Source: Spongospora subterranea f. sp. subterranea (taxonomy: Eukaryota). Taken from it: DNA of 20,000 nucleotides. The stretch covers positions 44,535-64,534 of the forward strand of contig JAUGWO010000114.1 in assembly GCA_049724395.1 (NCBI GenBank). Reading direction: 5' to 3'. This document shows positions 8,633 to 20,000 of this stretch, one piece after another. The notes under the pieces were generated by a model. That model did not search any database, was not told the origin of the DNA, and saw nothing but the letters and a program-made list of their open reading frames with translations. Within the stretch, counting starts at the first letter, position 1; each line of letters starts with the position of its first letter. A program made the position numbers and the translations under genes.

Positions 8633-10566
8633 CACATTATCAGCGAAACAGATATGGTGCACCTGATTCCATAACGGATGCCTATCGATTATCGGCCGAT
8701 CATGGTTATTCTGTGGTGTAATTACCCCAGGAACACCGGTTGCAGATTGCTCCCTTGATGGTGCCGGATTTGAGGTTGAGCCGATCCCGATAGGCGCCTT
8801 AATCATAGTTTTAAGGCAACTGGTATAGGAGAATTTTCCTATACCAATTGCTCAACCAGGGGTTCTCCCGTATTGGCCACCAATTTGCCATGACGGGGGA
8901 GACTTCGAATTGGTCAACAAAGGTTCCGATATACTGTACATATAATCGTGGAAATCCTTTTGAACGTCGAGTGACAATATCTTCGATAGCAAATTTGAGA
9001 CGTTTGAAAACAAACTTGTGTTGACAAGTCCAGTTCGCATCAGATAGAGTCACTTTCCGTAAGTGTGTGTTTATTGGTAGCGGCCCAATCAGTTCGGTGG
9101 AATGGTGCAATACTGTTCACCCATTTCCCCCATTGATGTTCTCCATCCGATATGGGGACGCCTCAAGGCACCTGACGCCCCTGCAAACGCGCCAAATCTG
9201 GCTGACGAGCCCGCCTGGGGCCTAATCATCGACTTTACTCGACCATACTGATTCGATCCGCATCTGGACAATTGACGATATGAATAGTCAGGACATTCGC
9301 GAGCCGCTTCAACACGCCCGAACCTGACGGAATCCCCAGCGGTCCCTCGTCATATTGATTGTCATCATTCGCTGACGAGGCGGCGCTTGTTAGACCGCGG
9401 AATGGGCGACGTTCGCTGCGCCGGTTCCCGCCTGCCAGCCGTCGCCAGGGCATCAAAAAATGAAATCCAGCAGCGGCCCGAGCAACTAAGTTGGCGAGTA
9501 ATCCAGGGCGACACTTTTTTGTGTTGGAATGGTGCTGTAATCGCTGGAAGACTTAGGCTCCTGCACCAATGTGAATATCGTAAAACGGTCTGGACTTGTT
9601 GTAAAATGTGCTTTTCAGCCCGATTGGCTGGGTCGAACCGTTAACTGTTTCTAATAAATACGCCAGGCTTCTGGTTACGATAACTTGCAACACGAATGTA
9701 GTATTGCCAAATTCGAGTAGAAACCACTGACGTTCCCGATCCCGTTTGTTGCAAAGTTCAATTCTGGAGACGTTGTTTGTCCAGTATGAACTTCTTGTTC
9801 AGTTCACAGCAAAACGGTAAAATGAACTTCGAGAATTGATAGATTGGCTGGGAATGTCCATATCCAAATCCACAAAAAAAAACATGCAATTCCCTATTCA
9901 TCTCATTGACATCATGGCCGTCACGACAGGTGTTCTACAACAGAAACTTCATTCCAGACCTGAATCAACCATGAAAAGTGCAAACCAATCGGGACCTTTT
10001 CCGAAAAGTGTTAGAGATCGAGATTTGTCAACTGACGATGTCGGCCAGACTTGGCGATGGCGGTTCACCCTTTGTTCCTTCGCCGCCGTGGGTTCCGCCG
10101 TCTTCGAGCATATCTCATGTACCGTTGGCGTCCACATTTCGGTTGTGCTATCGAACATCGTTTACGAGTCAGTTCTGTAAGATTGCGCAATCTTGTTCTT
10201 TCTAGGTCTCTGTTGTGCGTTGACATTTGTCCTGGTTCTGTTGATCTTCGAGGTGTTATCAGGATATTCGTGTCGACGTTCCCATAGTTCTAGAAGGAGG
10301 GGCGACATGAGTAGCGCCATTTATTCGGGACTGAGGTCCTCGAAATCTGACAGCATGGCGGGCGGCGAGAGGCCCCGCCACCTTAACAGGACCCTGGTCC
10401 ACCAAAAATGATTCAAATGGCGACCGGTTTGGATCAGGGTCAATTTGGTAATAAAATCATAGTTTATTCGATTTTATTGTGTTTTGTTTAAAAAGAAACG
10501 GAGGTCTTCGCGACTTTTTCAAAATTGCAAAAACTTCTGAATTTTCAAGCAAAACAAGCGGTTTAT

Positions 10567-12790
10567 TTAAACTCCATGTTGTAATTTGCAATTGATCCAT
10601 TTGTGAACGTCTTTGGCAAAGACGTTCAGGTATCGGTCAACTACGGTAGCGGTATTGGTCATGTCCGGAAAACAAATGGCGAAAGCACCACCCATTGCTG
10701 ATTGTAGAACCCGAATTGCATGTACTCGGACGTCTTTTATCGGCATCTCGGAACCAATTGATTTGACCAGCCTGAATTTACCATAACCTTTCATGTATAC
10801 TCCTAACACCATCCAATGGAAACTGTTATGATAAAAGATTCTGCCTCTGATTATATCATCTGCGCCTGGCGTCGTTAAGCGCTGTTCTCTGTGATACCAA
10901 CGGCCTTGCAGAGACCGATGATGCTGAAGATTGACAGTGAAATCGAACGATCCAGGAGGCATGCGATTGCACAACGAGCGATTTTGATAGGCTCAGATGG
11001 AATCGCATTAAGAAATTCGAACAAGGTGGAAATCATTGTATGGGCATTAAAACCAGTTTGGAAGGGTCTCGAGCAAATTGCTGGTTCGAGCATGTATCCA
11101 AACAAGGCTCTGGAAAATCAAAATTAGAGTAATCATCACGCTTGGAAAGCGACCTTGTTTGGATACATGCTCGAACCAGCAATTTGCTCGAGACCCTGTC
11201 CAAACTGGTTTTAATGCCCATACAATGATTTCCACCTTGTTCGAATTTCTTAATGCGACACCGTCGGTCGAAACACTGATCAGAGACAAATTCGGATGAG
11301 ACTTCACGATATTGGTGATGGTCTGATTAAATTCGGGATCTGAGTCGTTGTTTTTCTGTGGCCGAGCAGCTACGATAAACATCGGTGAGATGCCTTCCGG
11401 GGTTTTCTGTACAGAAAGAACGGCAACCTGATGCGGCGGCATCAACTTACAATCGAATTCGCGACAACCTTCGAGGGTACCTTTAATTCAGAAGACAAAT
11501 CGTTAAACGCATTGGAGCCTTCGGCGGTTATACTGGCAAACGATGTGCTTGACAGAGGAATTAGATGATTTGGATAGATTCGACCAACAATGCTTCCATA
11601 TTTTGGCGACGACAGCAAAGCCGGGACAGTTACTGTGGCGTCGAATGATAAAGATACATGAAAGACCGAAGATGTCGTTTTCGACCGTAATCCCTCCACG
11701 TAACGGGTGATACGTCTGTAAATATTGTCGGCCTCTGTGTTGAGGGCACAGAAGTCTATAAGATTACAAATCAAAACCGGAACTCATTCATGGCGTTGGA
11801 CAAAACCACTTACTAACAGCAGCCACCGAAATCCGTTGTATATGACGCCAAGATGGTCCTGGCAAGTTCGTCGCGATGAGTTTAAATACTTTCCTTCCAT
11901 AAGATGCAAGCATCAGATAGAAGTCCACCAACACCGATTCAAGTGGGGCGTTCATCTGGCCATTTGACCGGGAAACCATTGATCGGAGCATGCACATTAG
12001 CAGCGATTCACAAATCTCAGTGTTCGTCGAATATAGATGAGCGAACTTATCCATAAATTCATTTACACCGATGACCTCCTGTCCTTCTCCCAAAGTCATA
12101 TTTGCAGAACTTAAACGACCTTTCAATCCCTTAACGGAACTGACATAAGCAAGCCATTGTTTAGCGCACAGCATCAGATGCTTTCGGGCAGGAGTTTGCT
12201 GTGTTCTCGGACGAATGCAAGAAATTTTTCACTGCGGTAACTTCAATGATCGATATTTTCTGCCGGTCAATTGCAAGTTCGACCGCTTTAAGTTTGGCCA
12301 TTCGTTCAAATCGGTTCCGACTCACACGCGAACCGAATGCCTCCTTGCAGGCTGCACTTATCGCAAACCGGGATCCTTTTAGAATTTTCCCATCGCAGCT
12401 CAGATGGGTGAACATGCATGACGCCAGCGAAAGAGCGAAAAACCCAATCAGACTGAACACAACCGTACTTTTCGTATAAACGGACAAGACCTAAACGGGA
12501 CTGCATTCCGCCCAGGCAGGTGCGTTTCTTTTTCACAGCAGAGGTAGTGCTAACCACCAAAGCCTTATCTGCCTCTAGAACAGCATCGCTACTCCTCACT
12601 GCTGTGAAATACGAGGTAATTAGTCTTGAAGACTATGGGACACTGGCAATCTTGTCAAATGCGACCAAGCTGTCGCACAAGAGTTTCGGGATTGGGATCA
12701 GCGGCCATATCTCCTTCTCATAATCTGGTCTGATGGGACCAATCCCATCAGAAAGCAACTTAAAAACAGATTTCGCAATTTCACCACAGA
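10567..12790 (-). pseudogene. Degenerate DNA transposase, P-element/THAP-like DDE type
   Basis: Collinear minus-strand ORF fragments broken by stops and frameshifts: DFYLMLASYGRKVFKLIATNLPGPSWRHIQR (HTH-like ..LPS.RT region), VSLSFDAT (first catalytic D-like) and LISVSTDGV (second D-like). Superfamily and boundaries are approximate. Confidence 0.55.
11003..11258. repeat. Near-perfect inverted duplication: arms 11003-11107 and 11153-11258, 45-bp spacer
   Basis: The arms are reverse complements apart from one 1-nt indel. The same peptides appear in opposite-strand ORFs (ALRNSNKVEIIVWALKPVW; QTGFNAHTMISTLFEFLNA). Confidence 0.96.
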
Positions 12791-12797
12791 TACGCTG

Positions 12798-13121
12798 GTG
12801 GACGAAGGCAACCACGAAAGGTTCCTGCAGAATTTGGGCCTGGCAAAATTCGTCTTGTCACCGCCGGGCAACGGCATCGATTGCCACCGTCATTGGGAGG
12901 CAATATTGATGGGCGCTGTGCCAATTGTGTTAAGATCCGGTCTGGACTCTCTTTTTGATCATTCTCCGGCCATGATTGTCGACAGTTTCGATTATATTCA
13001 TGAGAATTTGTTAAGGGCCTTGAGGCCGTCATCGACGTATAATGGCAGCATTATGTGGTCGAATTATTGGTTGAGAAAAATTAATGATTCTGTTAAGGAA
13101 TGTTTAATAAAGCATATGTAG
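12798..13121 (+). pseudogene. C-terminal fragment of an exostosin-family (GT47) glycosyltransferase
   Basis: KFVLSPPGNGIDCHRHWEAILMGAVPIV is the GT47 signature region. There is no ATG or N-terminal half; transposase sequence lies immediately upstream. Confidence 0.8.
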
Positions 13122-13374
13122 CTGCTGCCATAAATTCAAATTACAAAGCGCCGTAAGGAAACTGAAGGCATGCGATCTCCTGGTAATGGAGCTTGAAGAT
13201 ATTACCAAGAAAATTGAATCGAATGGGAATAGAGTCATATCTAACACTGTTAATTGATAACTGGTTAACGAACCGAATGTTCGAGGTCCATTTTCGAAAT
13301 GTCCAGTCATCACAGTATGAGCAGATTAATGAAATTCCACAAGGATCATGACTTAGTGTTCTACTGTGGATATT

Positions 13375-13930
13375 GTATATCTATGATGCACCATTGAAGA
13401 GGAACAATACCAACGTATATGTTGACGACAGTGCACAATGGGAACAGGGCACTTCTAAGAAAGAGGTTCACTGATAAACTAAGAGAAAGCAGCAGCGAAA
13501 TGTATAAACAGTGCAAAGCCAACAAAAATCAAATTACAATGGATGAAGACGTTGCTTCTGTTTACTAGACACACAGACTCAGACAAAATAGTCGTTGATG
13601 CAAATCACAAAATCCATACTGCGACAACAGTGAAATACCTTGGGGCTAACCTATTGGCAAATCCAGCTTGGAACAAATCAACAATTCTGATTGATATGAC
13701 AGAGCCGGCAACCGACATTCGACGACGCTGCAAGTTAATGAGATTATTGAGGCAATCTAAATTACCGACGAAGCTGTTTCAACAAATCTGTAAAGGATTC
13801 ATTGGAGGACCACTCAACTACTATCTACCATGGATAACGACGAGAAATCAACGACGAGCACCACTGTCAGACCAATGGAAATAGCATACAATGATTACAT
13901 GAGAACATATACAGGATCATTCATATCGAG
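13375..13930 (+). mobile_element. Non-LTR (LINE-like) reverse transcriptase fragment, degenerate
   Basis: NVYVDDSA (YVDD at 13418-13429), then KTLLLFT..VKYLGANL, KGFIGGPLNYYLPW and YNDYMRTYTG. This is the order of LINE RT domains 5-7 and the thumb, interrupted by frameshifts. Confidence 0.75.
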
Positions 13931-13934
13931 GACA

Positions 13935-16097
13935 TCTCAAATGGAATCCTGTCAATTAGTTTTTCAAAATAAATCATCTCAAATGGGCTTTACCGGCTTT
14001 TGTGATCCTTTTACAAAACCACGAATGGTCATGGATATGGTTCCAGCGAACCGAGTTATGGTGCGGGATCAATATCCTATCCCTTATCTCCATACCTATG
14101 GCAGTTATTTAGGTGGATCAACCGTTTTCTTTACCCTCGATACCTTCAAAGGCTACTGGCAATTTCCGGTTTCTGGGGATGTTGAATGCAAAAGTTTTAT
14201 CACTCCCAGCGGAATTTATACTCCTCATCGCATCAGTAAAGTCAATTGCAACGGCGTATTTGCCTTTCAGATAAAAAATATGTCCACTATGTTTGAAGGA
14301 CTGATTCCGAATCTGATTTGGCTGGATGATGTGTTGGGATACGCGGCTAACGAAGCTGATCTTTTAGCCCTTCTCAAAAGCTGTTTTCGAACGTTTTCGG
14401 CTGTTTATCCTCAAGTTAAGTACCTCAAAATGCCACTTCTTTCTGATGGAAGCTCTTTGGTGTGGTAAGCTTTATTCTGCTAAAGGGTTATGATATTGAT
14501 CCTAGTCCCTTATCTGCTTTAATCAGCTTTGCTAAACCCGTTACTTCTGCCCATTTACTACAATTTGTCTGCGCGGTGACTTGGATTGCTGACACCATCT
14601 CGAAGTTCGCAAAGCTCATCTTTCCCCTTCGCCAACTCCTCGAAGTTGGTCTTTCATCAGTGCCTGTTCGATCAAAGAAATCTGCTTCTCGAATACTGTT
14701 ATCCGAGATTGGATGGTCTAATCAACACAATGATGTGCTTGAGACTGTCATATTGAGGTTATCAAGAAAGCTATAACGTGATCATTTCCCAGGCTAAACT
14801 GGATTCCTTGTTTATTCACTGATGATAGTAAGGACTCTTTCATGATCGCAATCACTCAAATACAGCCTGAAGATATTGGTGTTCATTTTTCTAAGCGGAG
14901 ACACGAGCCCTTGGCGTTCCATAGTGGTGCATTTAAAGGATCCGCTGCAAAATTGGTCTGATCCGGAAAATGAAGCTTATCCCATCCAGTTTGCGCTTAA
15001 ACGTTTTGATTATCTGTTATGCACTGGTTCCAATGCCTTTAGAATCTTTACTGACCATAACAATCTAGTTTTCCTTGATGGTCTTACTTCTGTTGCTGTC
15101 TTACTTCAGCGACATTCCATCGACAAAATCCATCGTTGGAGGCTGAACCTTGACGGCAAGCATTATGTCATCGTGTCGATTACCGGCACCGAGAATGTTT
15201 GGGAATAAGAGCTCACGATGGGCGAATTGTTATTATGACCGAAGAGCAAGGTTTAACCAAGTGTGTCGAGTATCCGCTGCTAATCCATCCACACCGGGAA
15301 TTCAACCATCACAGCGGCCTGATTTCGTTTGGCCTTTTCATGACCAAAATTCGATCAATCCAACAGGAGAACGAAATTGAAATGACTTCGAACAAGGCTG
15401 TTGACTCTGATGAAGGACAGTATGTTATTCCTGAATCAAATTTGATTTGTAAACCCTCTTCAGCCAGCAATCTCAAATTCCGTTTACTTGTGTTTGTTCA
15501 TTGTGGGAGTGCCGCACATCGAGGAATTATAACAATGTTCAATACTCTGAAGGTTCGATTTTATTGGCGAAAACTTTTCGAAGACGTTAGAACATTTTTT
15601 TCATGAACTGTCTCCACTGCGATACAAATCGGGGAGGTAAGGTTATCCCTCGACTATTTGGCCGCGCGATTCATGCATCACAATGCAACGAAGTAATTCA
15701 TTTTGATTTCATTCATATTGGACATTCTAACTCCAAAGGATTCCCCAATATTTTGGTTATACAATACGATCTGTCAGCATATGTAGACTTCGTTCCCCGT
15801 TTGGAAAAAACTGCCGCTTTTCTGGTGAAGTCTCAATTTGATTGGTTTACCAGGTATGGAGTTGCTTATACCTGGGTATCGGATCGAGGATCGCACATCT
15901 CAAACAACGTCATTGAGGAATTACGTCTTTTATTACATGCTAAACACAATTTCACACTGGCATATTGCTCTTGGACCAATGGGACTGTTGAGGTAATCAA
16001 TGTTCATCTCTTTCAAGGTATGAGATCGCTGCTCTCCGAGTTCAGGCTTCCTTTCTCGGAATGGCGGTCGCTCCTAAAACTGGGGATCTTGTCATGA
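13935..16097 (+). mobile_element. Ty3/gypsy LTR retrotransposon pol remnant (RT-RNase H-integrase), frameshifted, no LTRs seen
   Basis: RT: RMVMD..YPIP, LDTFKGYWQFP, SFITPSG, IWLDDVL. RNase H: EAYPI, FRIFTDHNNL, GTENVW. Integrase: HCGSAAHRG..CLHC (HHCC), IHFDF, WVSDRGSH, NGTVE. The RT-RH-IN order is gypsy-type. Confidence 0.92.
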
Positions 16098-16191
16098 TCC
16101 GAATGTCTCAAGTGTATGAGGACCCGATAATGATTGCCTTCAGCCATCATAGTACCTTTTGAACAGATGCTATATAACTGTGTATATCGGG
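16061..16191 (+). repeat. Dispersed repeat: diverged inverted copy of 8174-8300
   Basis: Shared blocks GGTCGCTC, TCATGATCCGAA, AGGACC.GATAATGAT.GCC, CAGCCA.CATAGTAC.TTTT and TGTGTAT.TCGGG occur in the same order. Confidence 0.85.
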
Positions 16192-16552
16192 AGCGCCGCT
16201 TATTCTGAACGACAGGTTGTCCCTGATGCCAATGCAATTAATCGCCAATTATCAGTCCATCCAACCAGCTGTCCTCGTTCAGACCATCGGAACAAACGCA
16301 AAAAGAAGACAGCATAGCACAGGTAATTTAGAAATCGACAATTGGGATTGACTCTAATTGGACCGACAAGCTATTGCACTGTATGATCAACCAGATTCAA
16401 CAGATCCCCAAATTTCATTACGATTTTAGATGAATTCAATATTGATATCTGATTTGCTTTTGTACTATTTTTTTGTATTTGTTTTGTATTCATCAATTGT
16501 CGTCAAAGTGACAGTTCACATGTAGGTTTGCAGAATGCCTCCTATTATGGGA

Positions 16553-17338
16553 TTAGGCGAATAGACAACCGTTCGCATCGGGCATTTTGTTCAACACAAT
16601 CAGAATGAAGGACACGGTTGCCAGAACTGAATAAATGATACCTGAAAAGTAATAACAGCAGCTGTCGATGCCAATGCTCTTCTTGATGATGTAAAATAAC
16701 ATTAGAAAGAATGCAAAAATGACTTTCAATGTGCCCAAGATTATCCCGACGCGTCCTCTGCCGGACAATTCCACGATCGGTAACGAGCAAGTGTACACAT
16801 ATATGACGGTTGCCTTCCACATCTCCATCTTCGACAAGCAAGGGAAGTCATGTCGGACGCCGAGCTCATCGACAAAGAAGTAGGCTGCACGGGAACGGCG
16901 AAGTGCGTCGTGACTCTGAGGTAATGGAGCCGCTGACGAATGGGATATTGCTCGGATATGGCTGCCATGATGGCCCCATCGTTCGAACCACGTGTAGAAG
17001 GCGGCCACGACGGCGACGGCCACGACGGCGCCGAACACCCGCATGACCATCAAATTGATCGGAAGGCTTCGTGTCAGACAACGCGATTCAGGCGAATAGG
17101 GTGCTGCTTGGCCTAGCTCGAGGTGCGAATAGGTAGCGATCTCTTTAGACTCGATGGGCGGCTGTTGCTGGGACGTCGAAGGGATGCTAATTGGCAGACC
17201 CGGAGACTGATGCTCCGACGATGAAGCTGCGCTATTTCCCTGAAGCAGCTTTGAGCCCCCATTGACGATATGGATTGTCGGGACCAGTACAGCGATAACC
17301 ACGATGATCGCCGGATTGTTGGAAATCATCCTCATCAT
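16553..17338 (-). CDS. Intronless orphan protein (~261 aa from first ATG): signal-peptide-like N-terminus, Ser/Pro/Gln-rich segment, three predicted TM helices
   Basis: Uninterrupted ORF. MMRMISNNPAIIVVIAVLVPTIHIVNG looks like a signal peptide. Hydrophobic runs are VFGAVVAVAVVAAFYTWF, VGIILGTLKVIFAFFLMLFYII and FSGIIYSVLATVSFILIVL. No family recognised. Confidence 0.6.
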   Translation of the reverse strand: MMRMISNNPAIIVVIAVLVPTIHIVNGGSKLLQGNSAASSSEHQSPGLPISIPSTSQQQPPIESKEIATYSHLELGQAAPYSPESRCLTRSLPINLMVMRVFGAVVAVAVVAAFYTWFERWGHHGSHIRAISHSSAAPLPQSHDALRRSRAAYFFVDELGVRHDFPCLSKMEMWKATVIYVYTCSLPIVELSGRGRVGIILGTLKVIFAFFLMLFYIIKKSIGIDSCCYYFSGIIYSVLATVSFILIVLNKMPDANGCLFA

Positions 17339-17375
17339 GTTGTGAGTGCTTGTTTGAAATGGAATGAATTGCCCC

Positions 17376-17604
17376 GACAAGGCGTCTGTGCGAGACTGCG
17401 CGACTCACAGCTGACAAGGGGTCAGTGCGAGAATGCGCGACTCACAGCTGACAAGGGGTCAGTGCGAGAATGCGCGACTCACAGCTGACAAGGGGTCAGT
17501 GCGAGAATGCGCGACTCACAGCTGGCAAGGGGTCAGAGCGAGAATGCGCGACTCACAGCTGACAAGGCGTCCGTGCGAGACTGCGCGACTCACAGCTAAC
17601 AAAG
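17376..17604. repeat. 37-bp tandem repeat (GACAAGGGGTCAGTGCGAGAATGCGCGACTCACAGCT), 6 copies
   Basis: Units start at 17376, 17413, 17450, 17487, 17524 and 17561, with no spacers. Confidence 0.96.
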
Positions 17605-17890
17605 GGTAATTTTTAAAGGGGGACGAGAAAAGACTGGTCACATTAACTGGTCACTTCAAAAATTGCGTAGACGACCTGTCAATGGGTAATGGGCGCGAGA
17701 AAAAGCTGGTCACATTCTGACTGGGAGATTCAGCCGAAAATATATTGACTGGTCATCGAGTTTGTTGGAATAAAATATTGTTAATGTACACTCAAGTGTA
17801 TCTAAATGGAGTAATCATCCGGAGTTCTTGTCGGGGTATCCTCATCCGTATTGTCAGCACGAGAGGTAATATAGTGTTCGAAGGAGGACA

Positions 17891-20000
17891 ATGTCATCGC
17901 TAGAGTCGGCATCAGATTCCGAATGCTGTACCGTCTGTATTTCAGAATGCGGTCGTTGGACTGTTTCTGACATATTTGCGCCGACGCTGCCGTGCACCCT
18001 TATTGATAGGAGTGTCGCGAATCAGAACTTCGACTGTGATCAGGTTCCGCTGCGACCAGATGGAAATTGCCGTTTTATGTTTGACGAAGCTTCCAAAAAG
18101 CCTAATTTGGTCGCTCGGTACTCCGAGTGGCAATGGCGAGTAACCAACACCCGCTACCGTTCGCTGCCATCCGACCCCTTACCGATTAAGATCACCAACA
18201 AGGTGTGCACAGGCAACATTGTTTGCTCCAATTTGGGATGTGCATATTTCGCGTCGTCCGAAACAGAACAATCCGGACAACTTTGAACGAACGTAATATC
18301 GCAACTCAGTCACAAGTCTAAAACCTTGAACAGTTGTTTACTTTTTATAATGTTGCAGGTGCCGCGTTTGCAGCAGCGACATGGTTCGACTTGTTTGTCC
18401 TGCAACATGCATGTGGGCGGAGGCAAAATTCGCTGATCGAGCCATTATTATCCATTTTGACCGGCATTCTCATGCCGTGCCACATGTGTTGAAGCCTGAC
18501 TTTTACTGCAAAAAGATGCTCACTGACAGGATCTGTAATAATCCCAGGGCCAAAGCTGTCACGCTTGTCACCGGCACACCAATCATTGGCTCGGTCTGTG
18601 AGATCCATGAACCTTACGGTAACCTCTCAAGAGTAGCGTACTGTATTTCCGACGTCGTTACTTGATTTATCTGAAAATGTGCCTAAATTTGAATAATCTA
18701 GGTTCTGGAGACTCATTCATCGATCAAATCCTGGAGTTTCAACTGACTTTTGGCAAAACTGCCGTCATCTCAAGTGATTTCAACATCAATCGAATGCACT
18801 TAAGTGTTGCTTCGAATTTTATGTTGGAAAGGTACAGTTGAATATTTCTTTTATGATTGTTGCTGATTCTCAGCTTGCAACACAATGATTAGATTCGTCG
18901 ATGTAGATCCGTTGACAGGTCGTGATGGCCAAGGCGCTGTTTCCGATGTTACGTACAGTTTTTTTGATCGAGGCTTTCTTATGACAACCGCAGTGTATTG
19001 CGGTTTGCTTGCGCGATGGGTCCCGGTGGCTTTTTCTTGGTTGAACGGACTAACTCGCGAGCATTATCGGGCACATTTTGAAGCGATTTTCAGCTGCGCT
19101 TCAGCATTCAGTCCGCTGAAGCATCGTTGTCTGTACAGGACAAGGTGACAAGATTCAAACGTTTGTGTGGGGCAGTCATGGATTTTTCCAATGCGCAAGC
19201 ATTAGGCTTCATCGATGCTTATATTTCGGTACAGTGCTGAAACTCATTGTTATGACATTGCTTACATGTCTACAGATAACGAACAGAATCTTCAACTCAC
19301 ATGGCATTGTTCCGATTGTTTCCGAATTGAAGGCCGACGCACAATCGCTAATGAAAGGTTGTAGAGTGCACTTTATTTGCTCAGCTCAGCGGATTGACCG
19401 CAATCATGCCATTGTGGGGCGTGACAATGATTGCAAATTTCTGCAATTAATCATGGAAGCAGTTGAAGAACCCATGCTGCATGCCTTTCATGAAGCAATG
19501 AAAATCCTTCATGTTGGAATCACATTGATCGTTACGATATAAGAGGTCAAAATCAACTTTTGTTATATCAGGACCGATATCCAAAAGCAAGACCGTGGTT
19601 TTCCTGGTGGTTAAAAGAGAGTGTGGCATGTCTTATTTTTGAATCGCAACGGAAATTAGATCCAGAAGTTGGCGAAAATGTAAGAGAGGATAGCAATCCC
19701 ATTGAGTCGATGCACTCTATATATTATCAGATAGCTGATCGCAAAAATCCTATTGTGTTCGGTCTCTCGGCCTTGATGATTTTTGCGGCAAATAATGAAC
19801 GAGAGATGAATGACCTTCAGCTTGGTCGAACTGTTAGATATGGTACAGAGTGCAATGTTGTCACTCTCAGCGAAGATTGATCAAACTATAGGTGTTCCTG
19901 AGAGATGGAAGGTATCTATAGAAAAATACGGGTTAGCACACCCCGAGCGCCGAAGAAGACAACTACATGCACCAAATGACGGGCGAGCGCCCGATACGAC
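17891..20000 (+). mobile_element. Mutator-like (MULE) transposase with N-terminal GCM-type Zn domain; intron-containing, at least two frameshifts, runs off the window end
   Basis: GCM-like PDGNCRF..W.W..TN..KVCTGNIVC...C..RP..CRVC...C...HSHAVP. MULE core AVSDVTY..WVPVAFSW..HY..HF, VMDFSNAQALGF (from 19175), GCRVHF (CxxH) and SNPIESMH (catalytic E). Confidence 0.8.

Noticed and set aside
17376..17604. CRISPR array (37-bp partly palindromic repeat)
   Set aside because: Units are head-to-tail with no spacers, there are no cas genes, and the context is eukaryotic.

Overview
This is compact eukaryotic DNA with short GT-AG introns of about 50-76 nt. It is probably from a protist; a phytomyxid/plasmodiophorid is my guess and is not established. 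The window has three zones. (1) 1-2 kb: a 64-copy 24-bp tandem array plus a related 124-bp duplication. (2) 2-7.7 kb: four apparently intact genes, namely a RimK-family ATP-grasp ligase, a 6-exon 7-TM membrane protein, a TTI2-like HEAT protein and a DusA-type tRNA dihydrouridine synthase. (3) 8-20 kb: decayed mobile DNA (a TIR-bounded MITE-like element, a P/THAP-like transposase relic with a 105-bp hairpin, a GT47 fragment, a LINE RT fragment, a Ty3/gypsy pol and a GCM-domain Mutator-like transposase) surrounding one intronless orphan signal-peptide/membrane gene. The most interesting observation is the minus-strand gene at 3458-5049, which the ORF track splits into fragments. Spliced by hand it gives a ~436-aa protein with the helix layout, split TM7 and last-intron position of the insect gustatory/odorant receptor (GRL/7TMIC) ion-channel superfamily. 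All family calls come from motif recognition by eye; no database search was run.
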